Positions 12,573 through 25,667 of a DNA stretch of 64,000 nucleotides are shown here, in pieces. The position numbers and the translations under genes were made by a program. The notes under the pieces are model-generated. The model was given only the letters and a program-made list of their open reading frames with translations, ran no database searches and had not been told where the DNA came from. The stretch is from contig NW_015161404.1 in assembly GCF_001447785.1 (NCBI RefSeq), forward strand, positions 2,470,187 through 2,534,186, written 5' to 3'. This stretch comes from Gekko japonicus. Its lineage: Eukaryota. The stretch's first letter is position 1. The number at the start of each line of letters is the position of its first letter.

Positions 12573-13262
12573 TGCTGGCAGAGGGTACCTGGAGCACCTA
12601 GCCCAGCACAAAGGAGCAGCCACCACCGAATGGATAGCACTGCTTTCCCTGCCTGGAGCATTCAGCCTAGCATGACACAGGCCAAGCCCTGCCAAGAGTC
12701 AAGTACAGTGGGCTAAACCAGCCAGTCCAGAGGTAGGAGTTACAGAATTCAAGAAGCACCACAGTCAGGTGTTTCAGAAAGCAGGTCATCCAAGTTCAGT
12801 TCAGGGTCAAAGCAGCTAATCAGCAAAGCCAGTGGCTCAGTCTCAAATGTACTTGTTGCCTCCACATCTACCATCTGATCTTGGCTGTTTTTATAGCTAA
12901 GCCCTAATGAGCTGTGCTTACAGTCAGCTTACTTGGCAGTCATCCAGCAACCACTTCCCTGCCTTATCAGTTGACAGCTGGCATTGGCCCAGGAGACACA
13001 CCCTCTTTCCCCTTAACTGCAACTCTGCATGCCACTGACATCTCCAACATTCCAAGGGTGTGGAGGAACCAGGTGAGCTTGGAGTTGCCTCTGGAGGCTT
13101 GTTTGCTGATTCAGACTTGCAGGGTGTTGGATCAGCCACTGCTGTGGACTGTGAGTCATGATCAGCTGGTATCAACCCCTTGTTGATCATCTACTGCCCC
13201 TGGCCCAGCTGCAGCTGGTGCTTCTTATTCTGAGGAGTCCTCACTGCCACTGACTTACAACA
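12573..13262 (-). mobile_element. Possible solo LTR
   Basis: LTR-like composition, reversed TATA (ttttatagc), ends in ..caaca; no TSD confirmed. Confidence 0.3.
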
Positions 13263-13977
13263 TAGCATAAAGCAGCACCAGAGGCTGCTGTTTTGCACTT
13301 AGCAACACTTCCTCCTCCCAGGGCAAACATCTACTGCTTTGCACTTGGGCTGCCTTGGCACCAGTTGACCTGGACAGCCCAGCGTTTTGACTGAATGTTT
13401 GAGAAAAACACTGAAAAAATACCAAACATTACCCAATGGGCCAGTTTGGTGTAGTGTTTAAGTGCATGGACTCTAATCTGGGAGAACCGGGTTCTCTGGA
13501 AGATAAATACCTAGCAATACAGTCATAACATAAACATAGCAGCATATTTTTTTTTGGTCTGCAAAATATACAGAACAGGACATTTATATCCTCTAAATTT
13601 CTATGGCTAAAGCAATATCAATAGATTTATATTTTTGTTTATTAGGCTTATACAAGAAGTATCCTATTTCAGAAAAAGATGTTCACTTGAGTGTTCATCA
13701 TGTGATACAGGGAAACATATGATTTAATAATCTTAGAAGAAATCAGTGAATTGTTACAACAGATATATAAATTGTTGCATTTACTTATATATGTAGGTAA
13801 TGCTCCAAACTAATGAATATACAACAATCCAATTTCATATAGCTGACATCTAACATGTCTGAAATAAGTAGCAATGTAGGTTCATAATTTAATCAGCAAT
13901 GAATAGCTGCTGCCTACAATAACCATTTACTGCAGCCTTTAGAATGCAGTGTTCTCTACCAGTTAGCAAGGGCCATA

Positions 13978-14423
13978 TGAACATAAGAGAAGCCAATGTT
14001 GGATCAGGCCAATGGCCCATCTAGTCCAACACACTGTCACACAGTGGCCAAAAATATCAGGAGGTCCAGCAGTGGGGCCAGGACACTAGAAACCCTCCCA
14101 CTGTTGCCCCCCCCAAGCACCAAGAATACAGTGCATCACCTGCCCCAGCCTGTGAGTTCCTATCTATACCTTGTGGCTAATAGCCACTGATGGACCTCTG
14201 CTCCATATGTTTATCCAGTTCCCTCTTGAAGCTGTCCATGCTTGTAGCCGCCACCACCTCCTGTGGCAGTGAATGCCATGTGTTAATCACTCTTTGGGTG
14301 AAGAAGTACTTCCTTTTGTCTGTTCTAACTCAACCGCTCAGCAATTTCATGGCGTGCCCACAAGTTCTTGTATTGTGAGAAAGGGAGAAAAGTACTTCTT
14401 TCTCGACCTGCTCTATCCCATGC
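13978..14423 (-). mobile_element. CR1 LINE 3' end ((TTCTTATG)n-tail subfamily)
   Basis: Shares the 3' UTR with 37577-37920; ORF2 C-terminal codons. Confidence 0.85.
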
Positions 14424-14830
14424 ATCCTTATATTAATACCGAAGTGGCCCCGTCTGTGCGGATATCTAAATCCGCGCTCCGGGGCCACCTGGGGGGCAGG
14501 GAGATTTTTGGGCACACGTGGGGCGGTCCCCAGGTGTGCACAAAAATACGAAACCTGTAAAAAAATATCGGGGGGATGGTTAAATCCCCCCGAAACTGAC
14601 AGAGCGTCCCCTGCGCATGCGCAGGGAACGCTCTGCAGCGGGCCACGCCGCTGTCGTTTTGGAGCTGCCCGGGCAGGTGGGCGGGCGAGCGGGCGCCGTG
14701 AGGCCCGGCCGGCTGCAAGCCACCGGGCCTCAGACTGGAGCGGGGGTGGGTGAGAGGAGAGCAGCCTCGGTCCGGAGGGGGGGAGGGCAGTGAGGTCCCG
14801 GTTGACAATAAGCTGGGTTGGAGGGGGGGA
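14424..14830 (+). mobile_element. GC-rich element, possibly a Helitron 5' portion
   Basis: Starts tccttatattaatac; unmutated CpGs; hairpin at 14600-14635; no 3' end found. Confidence 0.4.
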
Positions 14831-15061
14831 TATATCTCCATGGAGTGACTCATAGGCTCTGAATGGAGACGGTACAGATAATGGGAATGAGGACTTCCTT
14901 TTGAGACCCTCTTACATGTTGTTGTCCAGGTGGCCTGACCCCTCCCAAGATTCCAACGGTATGCACAGTACTGTATGTAATAACAGCAGCTCTAAAGAAG
15001 TGAACTCTTCTCTCAAGCTAATGTTTAGCATAATTAAAAAAAAATCTCATCATTCTTGGTC

Positions 15062-15603
15062 ACCAGTTTTGTGTAGTGGTTAAGTGCACTCTCCCAGACT
15101 CTAATCTGGGAGAACCGGGTTTGATTCCCCACTCCTCCAGTCGCACCTGCTGGATGACCTTGGGCAAGCCACAGTTCTGGCACAGCTGTCCTTGAAAAAG
15201 AGCAGTTCTTGCCAGAGCTCTCCCAGCCCCACCTACCTCACAGGGTGTCTGCTGTGGGGAGGGGAAGGGAAAGGAGTTTGTAAGCCACTCTGAGACTCTC
15301 TTGGGTAGTGAAGGGCGGGGTGTTTATTTTATTTATTTATTTTATTAGATTTTTAACCTGCCCTTCCCCCAGAATGGGGCTCAGGGTAGTTAACAACATA
15401 AAACACAATAACAGTAATAAAACCATAATCTCAATAAAATCCAATTAAAAACTCAACACACAGTTAGCAAAACTAACACTTTCGGCATAAAAATTGACAG
15501 TGTTGGTGGTAGAGTCCACCAGAATTACATTCGTGGAATGCCTTGTGACCCTACGGGTTATGAATCCAATCTCCTCCTCCTCCTCCTCCTCCTCTTCCTC
15601 TTC
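15062..15603 (+). mobile_element. Squam3 SINE interrupted by a reversed L2-like tail (about 15322-15556)
   Basis: tRNA-like A/B boxes (gtgtagtggttaag; gggtttgattccc); (CTC)n tail. Confidence 0.85.
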
Positions 15604-15792
15604 CTATGAGGGTCTGGTTAGCATCTGCATAAGGAGAAACCTGAGGGTCATTTTGGGAGAGTGACTGCTAAAATCCCAAGCAAGGCATAGGTAAAGAAAA
15701 CCCACTTTGGCTTCTTCAGCACCATGGACAGAGACTCACGAATCACATACTGCCTCTGTTCAGCAGCTCTCTCCTCTTTTTGACTTCATTGT

Positions 15793-16550
15793 AGAATTAC
15801 GGAAGGGGCCACAGTGGCCAACTAGTCCAACCCCCTAAAGTATCCCTGACAAGCAGGCCCATAGCCAGGATTGTCAGGCTTGTGGGGCACTTTTTNNNNN
15901 NNNNNNNNNNNNNNNNNNNNNNNNNNNNNNNNNNNNNNNNNNNNNNNNNNNNNNNNNNNNNNNNNNNNNNNNNNNNNNNNNNNNNNNNNNNNNNNNNNNN
16001 NNNNNNNNNNNNNNNNNNNNNNNNNNNNNNNNNNNNNNNNNNNNNNNNNNNNNNNNNNNNNNNNNNNNNNNNNNNNNNNNNNNNNNNNNNNNNNTCCAAG
16101 CTTCCCCAATGGTTTTGACCCTTTCTACTTTTCCTTTCAGTTTTTTCTTCACATGTCCCCTCATATCAGAGAAGTTACCCCTTTTAAAGTTAAAAGTGGT
16201 TGTGTCGGTCTTTTTGGGCAACTCCCTATTTATACAAATGTTGAACTTAATAACATTATGGTCACTGTTCCCAAGTGGTGCAATCACTTTTACATCTCTC
16301 ACCAGGTCTTGGGCATTAGTTAGGACGAAATCCAGGATCGCCTCTCCCCTGGTAGGTTCTGTGACCATCTGCTCCATAGCATAATCATTAAGAGTATCTA
16401 GAAACTCAATCTCTTTTTCCCGACTAGAACACATATTGACCCAATCAATGTGTGGGTAGTTGAAATCACCTATTATGACAGGTTTTTGTCTAGCCGCTAT
16501 CTTTAATTCATTAATCATTTTATAATCCTCCTCTATCTTTTGATCTGGTT
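15793..16550 (-). mobile_element. CR1 LINE: 3' UTR, assembly gap, endonuclease region
   Basis: IIGDFNYPHIDW...LGNSDHNVI AP-endonuclease motifs; N gap at 15896-16094. Confidence 0.9.
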
Positions 16551-17438
16551 TATGATAAATCCTACAATATTATTATTGTAGCTTAATAATGACAAAGTTA
16601 AACCCATTATATGGCTTACTATCCTCTGGATAAAAAACCGAGAAGGTATTTCAAAGGTGCTGTGGAAAGTAGATTTATTTTTAAAGCATGCCCTACATGT
16701 TTCAAGCCACCTTTTTTATCAAGGTTATTTCTCTATGTTTTACATAAAGAGACCAGTTTTTTTCTTTTATATGTGTTCTTTCCTGTGTGCCCTAGGAAAG
16801 CTGAATGCAGATACAAGAAGAAAGCTTGTCTTTTATGTAAATAATAAAGGACAGTGGCTTGAAACATGTTGGGTGAACTTTACAAATAAATCAATTTTCC
16901 ACAGCTTCTTTGTACTTTCCCAGACACAATCTAGCACAGAGTTACTTAAGGTGACTGACATCAATTACCTTAAGAATGCCTACCTGAGTTTAGATTGTAG
17001 TCTTCATATTTACCTAGCTTTAAGGGCCCAAAGCACTAAAAGTAAAAAAGTGACACATCCCCAGGACATTATTAACCTCAGAGCTTTAGTACTTTATGAA
17101 TATAATTATATGAATGATGAGTGATGATGTCACTTTGAGATGCCATATGCAATATTTGCTATCCCATTTCAAAAGGGAGTACAGACTGACTGAAATTGGG
17201 ATATAGTCTAGGAAAATCCTAAACCAATTATTGTAAAGAGTTGTCACTTATTCCAGATCATCATAGGTTGACTGTAGTTCCATACAACCCAACATTTTTT
17301 TTAAAATCCACTCTCCAAGTACCTATAGACTGTGATGGATTTCTCTTTCTAAAACCACAGCTCAAAATATTCCTTTTTTTTTTTTGAAGGAACACTCCTG
17401 ATGAGGTGAGATATGGGTAGAAACATTCATGGCCTTAC

Positions 17439-17607
17439 CTTTCATCTCCTGAGCCCACTGTTGAAAGAGGCTGTACCTGGGCTGTAGGGTTATGTGGGCT
17501 GCCCTGTACATTGTGGCCTGGTGAAGAGTGGCTCATGGAGTGGGACGGAAGCCCAATACCAGCAGCGGTTCCACTTTGACTTGAATGAGAGCTGGAGAAC
17601 AGTGCAG
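17439..17607 (-). CDS. GLIS3: GLIS3 coding exon (AALFSSSHSSQSGTAAGIGLPSHSMSHSSPGHNVQGSPHNPTAQVQPLSTVGSGDE-R)
   Basis: Acceptor ctcatttcag|CT, donor AG|gtaagg; 169 nt, phase 1-2; SPGHNVQGSPHNP matches GLIS3. Confidence 0.95.
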
Positions 17608-18117
17608 CTGAAATGAGGGTAAAAATACTCATGAAAGGTGCATTTTCAGATCTTTCATATGTCAAGGATACCATTTAGTTTTCAGAAGTAATTTTAGGCA
17701 GAAGCTCTAGCTGTGAAAATTGCAGTAATCAAAAAAGTGGCAACTTTAAAAATAATGAATAAGAAAACTGTGCATTGGGTCTAAACTTCCCATTCTCTGA
17801 GCAGAATGAAGCTTCCACTCACGCAAGAAAATTGAACCTTTTCAGCTGATTCCTCCTTCCCCCTTCTGTTACTCTTACATTCAGAGAATTTGTCTGCTGA
17901 GCTCACTCCATTTGTGCAAGAATGAGGGAGGATGCTTCCTGCCAAGTCTCTCTTCTTGCTGAAGCCTGATACTGCATGACTATTCCGGAGTGTCCCCTGA
18001 AGGAGCAGCTTTTGGGGGGCACAGAGAACTATGTTGGAGGACGGTCTGATAAAAATCACTTCAGTAAATCTGTGACATCCACAGAAGCATTGCATCTGAT
18101 CCTGTGTTGCTGATTTT

Positions 18118-18350
18118 ACTATTATTTACTGCATTTATACCCCATCTTTCTCCCAAGGGAGGATGCAGAGTAGTTTACATTGTTCTCCCCCCCATTCATT
18201 TTATCCTCACAACAACCCTATGAGGTAGGTTAGGCTGAGAGTGGGTTATTGGCCCATGGTCACCCAGTGAGCCTCCATGGCAGAGTGCGAATTCAGACCT
18301 TGGTCTCCCAGATCCTGGTCTGACACTCTAACCACTACACCACACTGGGC
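18118..18350 (-). mobile_element. Squam3-like SINE
   Basis: taaccactacaccacactgg head on the reverse strand. Confidence 0.8.
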
Positions 18351-20561
18351 TTTTCTACATGTGTTACTCTCTCACTTGTGTGCCCCTGTTGTGTCATCTT
18401 TTTTCTGCACATGTTTTGCTCCCTCTAATGGTCGCTTTGATATTTCATCACTATATCACCAGTGTATTCCATTCTGAAAACTTTAAAAGTGCAGGGAAAT
18501 AAACTGGAGGTACAGTGATGAAATAGTGAGGCAACCACTAGAGGGAGCAAAATACATACAGAAATGGAGGGACACTGACTCAGTAAAGGAACGCAAGTGA
18601 CAAAAACAAGACATGCGGAATAGCCCACTGACTCTCTAGACAGAAGAACTGGATTATGTATCCAACAACTGGTGAACTTAACCTAAATCTTAATGGATGG
18701 AATACATGTGAAACAGAGCATATGTGGGACAATTTTCTTTCTTGAAAGACACTGGACTTTTGAGGGCCTGCCAAATAGTTATAAGAGGGTACAAGTAAGG
18801 AAATCTGACCTCATGAAAATTATTCTACATGTGTAATTACAGGAAAATATGACATCTGACAATTTTAATAACATTTTTCACTACAGTATCTTTCTGAATC
18901 ATTAAAAAAAACCCTTATGGCTTTGGGAGATTTGTGCCCATTTCCACATTTTTCTGACATTATTGCACTGGAAGAAAATTTAAGAAGTTTTCTTAAATAA
19001 CAGTTGTCAGTGCTAAGAGGCAACAAGAATCCTCTTTTCCTAGAATTCACGAAGCACCAAATCAGTCTCTTGTGAATATACAATGCATGCACTCAGTAAA
19101 GTAGGTCATTTCCTGCTTCTTCAGTAAGCGTGAGGACTAGAATGTTGTGCAATAATCCCTTTAAAAAGGAAATAAGTAACCTGAAAAAATAAATGCTCAC
19201 TGTTCTTGCTGCCTTACCCAAGATGTTTATGCTGTGATATTTAAAAGAGAATTTTTGTAAGCTGGAACTCAAATTATACGTTTTTTTTAAAATGACAGTA
19301 ACTGTGGTAAATATTTAGGACAAATTAAGCTGTAATTGTTAGTTCCTCATCACAAAGATGCTTACAAACACAAGTACTGTCCATTAGAAACATTGCTACA
19401 TACAAATTTTGTATAGATGAGTTTTCATATTTAAGCATTCCAAAAACATGCAAAAAGAAATGATGTAAAGGTGATGGACAATGATACCTTGCACACAATT
19501 AAGAGATGAGAACCTACATTTTTAAACTGTTCCCAAATTAAAGCTTTTTAAAAAAATCTATTTTTTTTTCCTTTTAGCAGAGCAAGTACTCTGTAATTTA
19601 AAGAAACTTTTTTCCAAATGGGAAATTGCCACCTTTCCTCTCACAAATTACCAGTAATGTTGCAATTTATTTTCATGGGTATATTATTCTTAAATCAGTC
19701 CCCTGTCAATCTTTTCCAGATAAAAAGGCCTCTTCTACCTGATTACAAAATAAGCCAAGTATATAAATGCAGCAGACTTGCTTCACAGCTGTCATACAAC
19801 TCCTCACTCTGGCCCTTTCAGAACAAAGTTTGCTGCTGGTTTTAAGCAAGTGAGTGTGAAATAAACAGGTGAATGTTGAGGGTTTCTGGAATTACTCAGT
19901 TGAATCAGCAGGTAAATCAACTGAGCAGATAAACTGAGTTTTCATTAAGTGATTATAGTCACTCAGGACAATTCTTTTATTGATTTTTTTCTTTAGTTTA
20001 TTTTGGTTCTGGGGTATTCCTGTAAGAGAATAGGTTGCAAACTGTTAAAACAGACTTATAATAATGTGTTCTAAGCTTTTGTTTATTGATCTGTAAGTTT
20101 TTAACATTTCCTTCTCTATCTTGAAAAAGTGCCAACACTGTGGTTTGTGGTAATAAGCATATTTATTTACATCTAGTCAATTAACTAATCAATTCATAGA
20201 TTAAAAAGCTGAAGACTATATAGACTATTCTTTTTTTTAAAAAGTTAACACATTCAGATAATTTATACACTCTTCTCATTTTTTAAAAAAATTATTGTTC
20301 ACACGGTCAAGTAATTTAGCCATCCCTGAGGGTATGTCAAAGAGGATTTCTTTATTTAACGATTCATACATTGCTTCTGTTGAGGGGAAAGTATTTCCAT
20401 GACCAACAGTGCAATCCTAAGCAGAGTTCTACCCTTCAATGGAGTTCAATGGATTTACAAAGGTGTAATGCTGTTCAGGACTGCCCTGTGAAAAACTTAT
20501 ACTACACCACATTCCTATGCACATCTACGCAAGTAAGTTTCATTGTCTTTAGTGGGGCTTA

Positions 20562-20887
20562 AAGGTAAAGGTTTCCCTTGCTCAAAAGCCAGTCAAATCC
20601 GACTCTAGGGTTGTGGTGCTCATCTCCGTTTCCAAGCCGAAGAGCCAGCGCTGTCCAAAGATGTTTCTGTGGTCATGTGGCCAGCATGACTAAACGCCAA
20701 GGTGCACGGAACGCTGTTACCGTCCCACTGAAGTGATACCTATTTATCTACTTGCAATTTCTTGCTTTCGAACTGCTAGGATGACAGGAACTGGAACCAG
20801 AGATGGGAGCTCACTCCTGTCATGCGGCACTCGGGTCTCAAACTGCTGAACTACCGACCTTCCAGCCTGCAGTTCAGCGTCTTAACC
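20562..20887 (-). mobile_element. Sauria SINE (Squam1)
   Basis: Reversed (ACCTTT) tail aaaggtaaagg; diagnostic ggtcatgtggccagcatgac; 13-bp TSD TTAGTGGGGCTTA. Confidence 0.9.
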
Positions 20888-23160
20888 TTAGTGGGGCTTA
20901 CTTCCAAGTAAATGTCCATTGGATTGCAGCATTAATGGCAATTTATGTCGCTTACTTGCTATATTTAAAAAATTACTATTTCCAGCATTGGAAATAGGAA
21001 ATAACCATAACATATACTCAGCCAACAGAACAAAAATGCCTATAGTCCCTCCCTTTATCATAAATCAGACTGTCCTGTACATCAGACACGGCAATCCCAT
21101 TAAAGTCAATGGGACATAAATAAATATGTTTAGGATCTACTGGGGAATACGATTTAAAGTATATTTATATCAAGTGCCATCAATAACGCATGGCTCTTCT
21201 CCGTTTCTTTTTTACATGGTGGTGTAAGAGTTCAGAAAGGAATAACCTACAATCCTTTCAGTCTGGTAAGAGTTAGCCTTATGAATGGCAGGGATCTAAT
21301 GTAATGACCTTCAGTTTTAGCAAGACTCTTAGATTTTAATCCAGACCCCACACTTTATTGCTTTGGGGATTTCTCTGGCTCTTAATCACAAAAGCAATAA
21401 GAGTTTCCAATATGTTCATCTGCCGCACTTAATCAATTGTTCCAGCTGCCAATCACTAGAAATATCTGAAGGCAAAGTTAAATGATATCAACCAGCCAAC
21501 AAAACAGCTGTGACCTCTTGGGAACACGGAAGGGCCGAAGCAGTGAACTTCACCCTTTCCTCAGGCATCTCTGACATGTTGTATATTGTATCACAGCAGG
21601 TCTGCCATTACTGCAATGCATGCTGGCAGAGCAGAGAAATTTTATATTGGTGCTTTTCTCTCTTAGCTGTTAGCTTTGGGAACTGTTGTGAGGGCCATAG
21701 CCCAGACACTCCACATAAATCATAAAAGCTATCTCACTAGAGCAACATGGGAGATATACAGTGAGCCCTCTGTAATTGCATAATAATGTCTTCATGTATC
21801 AGCATCTTCATTATGATGAAAGTGCCCAGGATACATTGTGCATCCTTCATTTGGTACTAGCTATCTAGTCTAATTTCTGATGTCTGTAGGGAAAAAAAAA
21901 GCTAGCAAATTTGTATGTGTATCAATTAATCTTTCATTTGATACTAAGCTGTTCCTTATCATTACTATCTCTGTGATCAGTTCCAAAGGGCTCCTTCACT
22001 TTTAATGGTTTAGTAGAAGAAGTTAACCTAGAGCTAGAAGATGGGGTATCCACAGAAAGAAGGGAGTGGGTTTTCAAGCAAAGCAGAGGCCAAACTCTAA
22101 ACAGCAATGTTGTGGTTATTTCCATACATGCTGTGTGATTACAATTTTTTTTGTAAACAGAACTTCTTGTACTTGGGGAAGTTTCAAGAGTGCCTGAATA
22201 CTATACAGCAACTTGATTTTTTAATCAAAAACTCAAGAGTACCATTGTGTATGTATGTGCCTTCAAGGTGCAATTATCTTATGGCAAGGAGCTTTCAAGG
22301 CAAGTGAGAAGCAAACACAAGTTTGCACAAGTCCCACTACACCACTGAAAAAGTCTATCTATATGGATTTTCAGAATATCTGTATGCCCCCCTCATTTTG
22401 AAAGTTAATAACCAGTAAAAACCAGTAAAAGCTGTAGCAAAAATAGCCTGAGGATTCCTCTGTTCCATAAGCATTCCATTCTAGATTGTTCCTTTTTGTT
22501 AAGAAACAAAAACCTAGAAAATCATGTTGCAGTTCTAGCCACCATAGTTTTTGAGAAGTGTGCAACAAAAATGCTGTGCCACCTGCATCCATGAAGGACA
22601 AGTATCTTAACTACAAGGCTATCCAAACAATAATATTGAAAAACTATTCCATTTAGTTTTGATTTCCTCCCCCCTTGGTGAATTAAATTATATTTCTAAG
22701 GCCTACTCCTTCTTTGTTTCCTTCTTTCTTTTTTATTTGATAGATTCACACATGGTACTTTATGTGCAACCAAGATAAGTAATTGCTGAAAATTATAAGT
22801 GAACTGAGTATTTGTCCTTGAACTGTACTCTGGTTAATTATGGCGAAACAATGCTGCTTGCCTTTTGTGTGCCAAGATAAAAAGCAAATAAGCATGTTCA
22901 GTGATTGATAACTATATAATTGAATACTCAAATGCATTTTAGGTAACCTACAGTGAAATCCTATGCAGAAGTACCCCAGTCTGACTATTGATTTCAATCT
23001 ACTTAGCCTGGAGAAACTCTAGATAGAATTACTTTATGATATGTAATAGTTTGCATTTGTTACCATCTAGTTACTAAAGGTAATGATGTCCTGCCCTTCC
23101 ATCCTAATAAAGATCCTGAGGTGGATTTACAAGGTTTAAAAACAACCTAATCAAGGGTAA

Positions 23161-23907
23161 ATTCAGGTGGGTAACTGTGTTGGTCTGAAGCAGCAGAACC
23201 TTACATTCTACTATTCATTACATTACATTACAATCTACTATTCTAAATAAGAAATAAAATAAAATAAAGAGCAGCTATGGTGCTTATGGGGGATTGGTGA
23301 GCCCTCTGTATTCTAACCAATCCCCCAGAAGGGCCATATGTACTCTATTTTATTTTATTTCTTATTTGGAAAAATAGATTAGAATAGTGGATTGTTATGT
23401 AACATAATGAATAATAGAATGTAATGTATTTTGGAATGGTAGACTGGAAAGTATTTCTCTGCTCTAGGGACAGGAGAGATAACTCTACACACAATCGCCC
23501 CTCTTCAAAGAAGAAGATGTTGTAAGGTCACCTCCATGCTTGAGAGGAGACGGATGGAGTGCAATGATAGGGTCTCAGTTAATTACTCTCAGCAGTCCAC
23601 AATTAAGGATATATCTGCCCATCAATCTCCAATTTCGATATATTTATTTACTTCACTATGTGTTCCCCAGAATTAAACCCAAACAAATGGTAACCATATA
23701 AATAAAGCTTGTTATTCCTTTTTGGTCCTTGAATCTGTTAAACATACTCATTATGCTGTATGCTAATTTACTGCTCACCCTCTACCTATATGCATGGACT
23801 GGTAATTTCCATTTCATTGTATCTTAAATACTGTGCATGCACACAAAAGCTTATACCTTGAATTTAACTTTGTTGGTCTTAAATGTGCCCCTGGACTCAA
23901 ACTGTAG
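23161..23907. mobile_element. Penelope-like insertion with inverted ends and an internal hairpin
   Basis: 10-bp TSD TCAAGGGTAA; Penelope-type terminal sequences in opposite orientations; decayed hammerhead near 23820-23858. Confidence 0.7.
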
Positions 23908-23984
23908 TCAAGGGTAAGTTGTTTTTTAAAGGTACACAATAAAAAAGCGGACAACAATTCCAAGCTGTAAAAAGCAGGCACAGA

Positions 23985-24420
23985 TGCTGCCCCGCACTAG
24001 TGGAATGAGCACCTGGACTGGTGGAGTGAGCTCCCGGACGACATCAGAGCCCTGCGGGTCCTTCTGCAGATCCGCAGGGCCTGTAAAACAGAGCTCTTCC
24101 GCCAGGCTTTCAAGTAGGGTGCTGCCTTGACATCAATGGCCCTGGCTTTAACATTGACATCACCACTAGCCTGGCCGTAACGTCAACATCACCACCAGCC
24201 GGATGATTAACAGCCTGGCAGGAGCCTGGAGGCGGCCACTCAAAGGATGACAGAATGACGCCATCTTGTACTGTGGCCATGTGTTTTATATTGTAATCTT
24301 AATTTAATATTATTTTATTATATATATTGGAATTTTAATGTATGTATTTATAAACTTGCTGTTAGCCGCCCTGAACCCGCTATGGCGGGGAGGTGCGGAA
24401 TATAAATATAAATAAATAAA
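23985..24420 (+). mobile_element. L2-like LINE 3' end
   Basis: W.ELPDDIR...CKTELFRQAF; tgttagccgccctga hairpin and (TAAA)n tail. Confidence 0.8.
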
Positions 24421-25525
24421 AGCACAGTTTGACAGATTTTCAACAGCAGCAATATATTTTCAACCGTAACTGTTTATAACTATTTAGGAGGCACCACCAT
24501 ACTGTTTGGGAGGCATTCCCAGTGCTATCAAGGTGGTAGAGAAACATGGAGAAGGACATTAATGATGATGATCTTCATGCCCATGTTCCCTCTGTATAAT
24601 AGAAGGTGGTTCTTGATACTGTGACCCAAGGCTAACGTCATTTTTGTTTAGACAAATTTACTGGAAACCAATGTAGATGAAGCAAAATAGAAGTAATATC
24701 CTGCCAGCTTTTCACCCCTACCAATGCTTTGCCATCTGTATTTCCAGTCAGCTGCAGTTTCTGAACACCTTTCAAAGTGTAGTAGTATAGTCTGGATATC
24801 ACTAAGAAATTAATAACTATGGTCAGATTCCCTACTATCTAGAAAGGGGTACAACTACAAAATGAAACTGTCTAAAAGAACTCCTGGGCAGGTGTCAATC
24901 CCAGAACAGTCGCAGATCCAGGAACCCTACTCCAACCTGCACGTTCAAAAGCAGTGCAACTCCATTCACAGTAAAGGGGCAATATCTGCCCCAGGTCAGT
25001 CATCTTTGCAGCTAAGAATAACTTCATCTTGTCTGGATTAAATTCTAGTTTAATACATTAAAATTGCTATCACTGGCAAAGAGTGATGAAGTGAATAAAA
25101 CAGAATAAATAAATATTCTGGAATGGAAAATGTTCAGAAGTGTTGTCAACTAAAGGATTTTAAATATGTATAGGCTAATAACAAATTAATCATATTGTCT
25201 TCTAGACTATTTACCCCAATACCAAATATCCATGAAACTTTCCTGTACAAAATAAAGACTTCTGTCATAGTGTCATGGACTGGAAAGAAACAGGGACAAA
25301 ATCCAGTCAAAATGAAGCAATGTGAAGTCCCTTTGCTTTCTATGGGAAAACTGAATTAACTTCCTACCTGTGAAATCAATGGAAAATCAAAGTGCTTAAC
25401 TTTGGCAAGCTTATGCCTATATCCTTCAAGAACTTTCCAGAATAATTCAAGCTTCTTATGCTTTTATTGATCATTAATGATTTAGAGAATGATGTGCTAG
25501 GTCAAGGCGTATCTTCCTCCTATAC

Positions 25526-25667
25526 CTGTATAAATGTCATGCACAGGTCCTGGTGATCGTCTGATGGTGCTATCTGAAGTGTCATGTGGAGATGGGGATG
25601 GCTGGAGAGGATGGATAGTGAGACAGTCATTGAGGATGTCTTGGTCAAGCTCTGTACTCGAGCGCAA
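25526..25667 (-). CDS. GLIS3: GLIS3 coding exon (LRSSTELDQDILNDCLTIHPLQPSPSPHDTSDSTIRRSPGPVHDIYT)
   Basis: Acceptor gtgtttcag|TTG, donor ACAG|gtatag; 142 nt, phase 0-1; LRSSTEL..DCL..RSPGP resembles GLIS3 rather than GLIS1. Confidence 0.95.

Noticed and set aside
15062-15135. tRNA gene
   Set aside because: The A/B boxes belong to the tRNA-derived head of a Squam3 SINE
15797-16323. Long ORFs containing X runs
   Set aside because: Artefacts of the N gap at 15896-16094
18580-19180. Acceptor-like sites and short minus-strand ORFs as extra GLIS3 exons
   Set aside because: The 19180 acceptor hits an early stop in the required phase, no homology was recognised, and the flanking exons already join in frame
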